A stretch of DNA of 64,000 nt from Rhynchobatus australiae. Its lineage: Eukaryota. Location: the NCBI GenBank assembly GCA_034780895.1, contig JAUZTB010000118.1, forward strand, positions 74,220,598 to 74,284,597. The letters are read 5' to 3'. The notes beneath the pieces were generated by a model that saw only the letters and a list, made by a program, of their open reading frames with translations, was not told the DNA's origin and did not search any database. Position numbers and translations under genes: made by a program. Positions 62,260 through 64,000 of this stretch are shown here, piece by piece (the stretch's first letter is position 1; each line of letters starts with the position of its first letter).

Positions 62260-63109
62260 GTAATCAAACCTGCTTTAATTCTTGTGCTTTCTGCAATACT
62301 ATTGATGTGCAATATTATTGAAGCCTAATGGCTGGATAAGAAAAAGAAATATGTCTATTTCTGTGCTTAAATCAGGTATAAAAAAATATTTTGCATATGT
62401 TTTGAATTGTCTGTCCCCATCAGGAAATTGGACTGGGCATTTCCTGTCAAGGTACACCCTTGTGATGTTTCCCTGGTATATTTTGCACATACAATACGAC
62501 ATCATCAGTGTGCATAACACATGCTTCTGACTTACAGCAAGCATTGACAGTGGTGCCAGTATCTGTGCCCTCAGAGTTTATAGCATATTGTTTTTGCCAT
62601 TAACACACAAATCATCCAGTACTGCAGTTTCACCTGATTGGCAACTCATCATCTTTAGGTGGGTCTGGTGCTGCTCTGTGGCTCCAGCATTTGCTGTGGA
62701 CCAGGATGAGCTCCAATTAGGCCACTCCTTAGCATGGAGGTCTTGTTCTTGCCTCAGACAATTTTCCCTCTCCCACCTGATTTCTCCTTCCCTCTGTCCC
62801 TTGATTTCCCCTTTCCATTTTCTCCCCCTTCCTTCATCTCCATAGCAACGAACCCAGTTTCCAGCAGGCACAATATGAATGAGACGGCAGCTGTCATCTG
62901 AGAAACAGTATTTTGTTTTTTTTGTGTATGCAACTACTCAGAGAAATGACAATAAAGTAAATCTTGAATCTTGGACTGCAGAAGTCAGTTGTGAAACCAT
63001 ATTCCTAGGCTACAATCTTTGCAAATCTCACACTGAGACAACCTTGTATTATTATAGGGCATCATGTAAACATTTACTTGCTTTTTCCCATTTTCTACAG
63101 TTTATTCTA

Positions 63110-64000
63110 CAGTTCAATGAGGAGTGTAGGAAGTTGTGTTGCAAGCAACATCAGGCTTACCTAAAATTAATAAGGTGCCAGCCTAGTGAAACTACTATGC
63201 AGGATTATGTGTGTGCAAAACAGCAAAAGCAGCTTGCAATAGACAGATCACAACCTCACAACAGACCAGATTGAAGCTCGGCAGTCCTTCCATATCTGGT
63301 CATGGATGGAGGTGGGCAATTAAGCAGCTAATGGGAAGAGGAAACTCAAGAACATCTCCGCCCCCAACAATGATAGAACCTAGTGTGTAACTACTAAAGC
63401 AAAGGCTACGTCATTTGCAACCATGTTCAGTCAGAGGTGCCAAATGGATGACCCATTACAACTTCCTTCTGAAATCCTCAGAACCTAGTTTCCAGCCTAT
63501 TTGATTTACTCAATGTGACATCAAGAAATGGTTGAGAGCATTGGATACTACAAAGACCACAGGACCGGACAATATCTCGGGTGTAGGCCTGTGCTCCAAA
63601 ATCCAGTCAAGCTGTCCCAGTACAGTTACGACTCAAGTGTCTACCAAACAATGTGGAATATTGTCCAGGTGTATTCTGTTCACAAAAAAGTAGGATAAAT
63701 CCAATACAGCTAATTAATAAACCACCTGCTCTCAATCATCAACAAAAAATGGTGGAACCTGTCATTGAGATCACCCAGTCACCCATGCCCAGTTTGGGTT
63801 TTACTGGAACACTCAGCTTCAGGAGTCATCACAAATATGGGCTAAGAATCTGAATTCCAGAGGTGAGGTGAAAGTGACTGTGCTTGATATCAAGGTAACC
63901 TTGTAGCCAACAAGGTAGCCACCAAGGTGCCCTGGTCAAAGTGAAGTCAATGGGCATCAAAGAAATTCACTCCAATGGCTGAAGTCCAAACTTGCACAAA
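63110..64000 (+). mobile_element. Degenerate LINE ORF2 (pre-RT and RT region), runs off the window end
   Basis: Remnants resembling WW.IK, AF..MFSQ.C, LD..K.TGPD.I, QFGF and (A)LDIK motifs (ttggatactacaaagaccacaggaccggacaatat, ccagtttgggttt, cttgatatcaagg), with stops and frameshifts. Confidence 0.75.

Noticed and set aside
62260-64000. Search for the next sema6a exon (short SFVALN microexon) and the transmembrane exon
   Set aside because: No matching sequence with splice sites was found; presumably beyond the window.
1-64000. Prokaryotic-type systems (CRISPR arrays, operons, defence islands), intronic snoRNA or miRNA genes
   Set aside because: The sequence is vertebrate intron-exon DNA. 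I found no repeat-spacer array, and no box C/D, H/ACA or pre-miRNA hairpin I could support by eye; an Infernal/Rfam scan would be needed to exclude them.

Overview
Eukaryotic, AT-rich vertebrate genomic DNA from a gappy (many N-run) assembly. The repeat content (V-SINE/HE1-like SINEs, DeuSINE/SacSINE-like SINEs, CR1, L2 and Rex1/Babar LINE fragments) points to a cartilaginous fish, probably a batoid; this is inferred from repeats only. The window holds the 5' part of one + strand gene, semaphorin-6A (sema6a). There is a CpG-rich promoter with a putative non-coding exon 1 (~4.8-5.4 kb), a ~30 kb first intron, and 15 coding exons (35404-62259). All coding exons have GT-AG junctions and compatible phases, giving 1705 nt (~568 aa: signal peptide, Sema domain, PSI domain). 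The transmembrane and cytoplasmic exons lie beyond the window. Almost all ORFs in the supplied track are spurious, span N gaps or derive from LINEs. I see no convincing new multi-gene system. The best second-look items are non-coding: a wobble-compatible long-range inverted repeat in intron 6, diverged local duplications in intron 1, a splice acceptor overlapping a consensus donor at exon 8, a uORF-rich leader with a tRNA-like A/B-box pair, a Pbx-Hox/Meis/TCF enhancer candidate, and hammerhead-like repeat remnants. Comparisons with human SEMA6A and with repeat consensus sequences are from memory, not from database searches.
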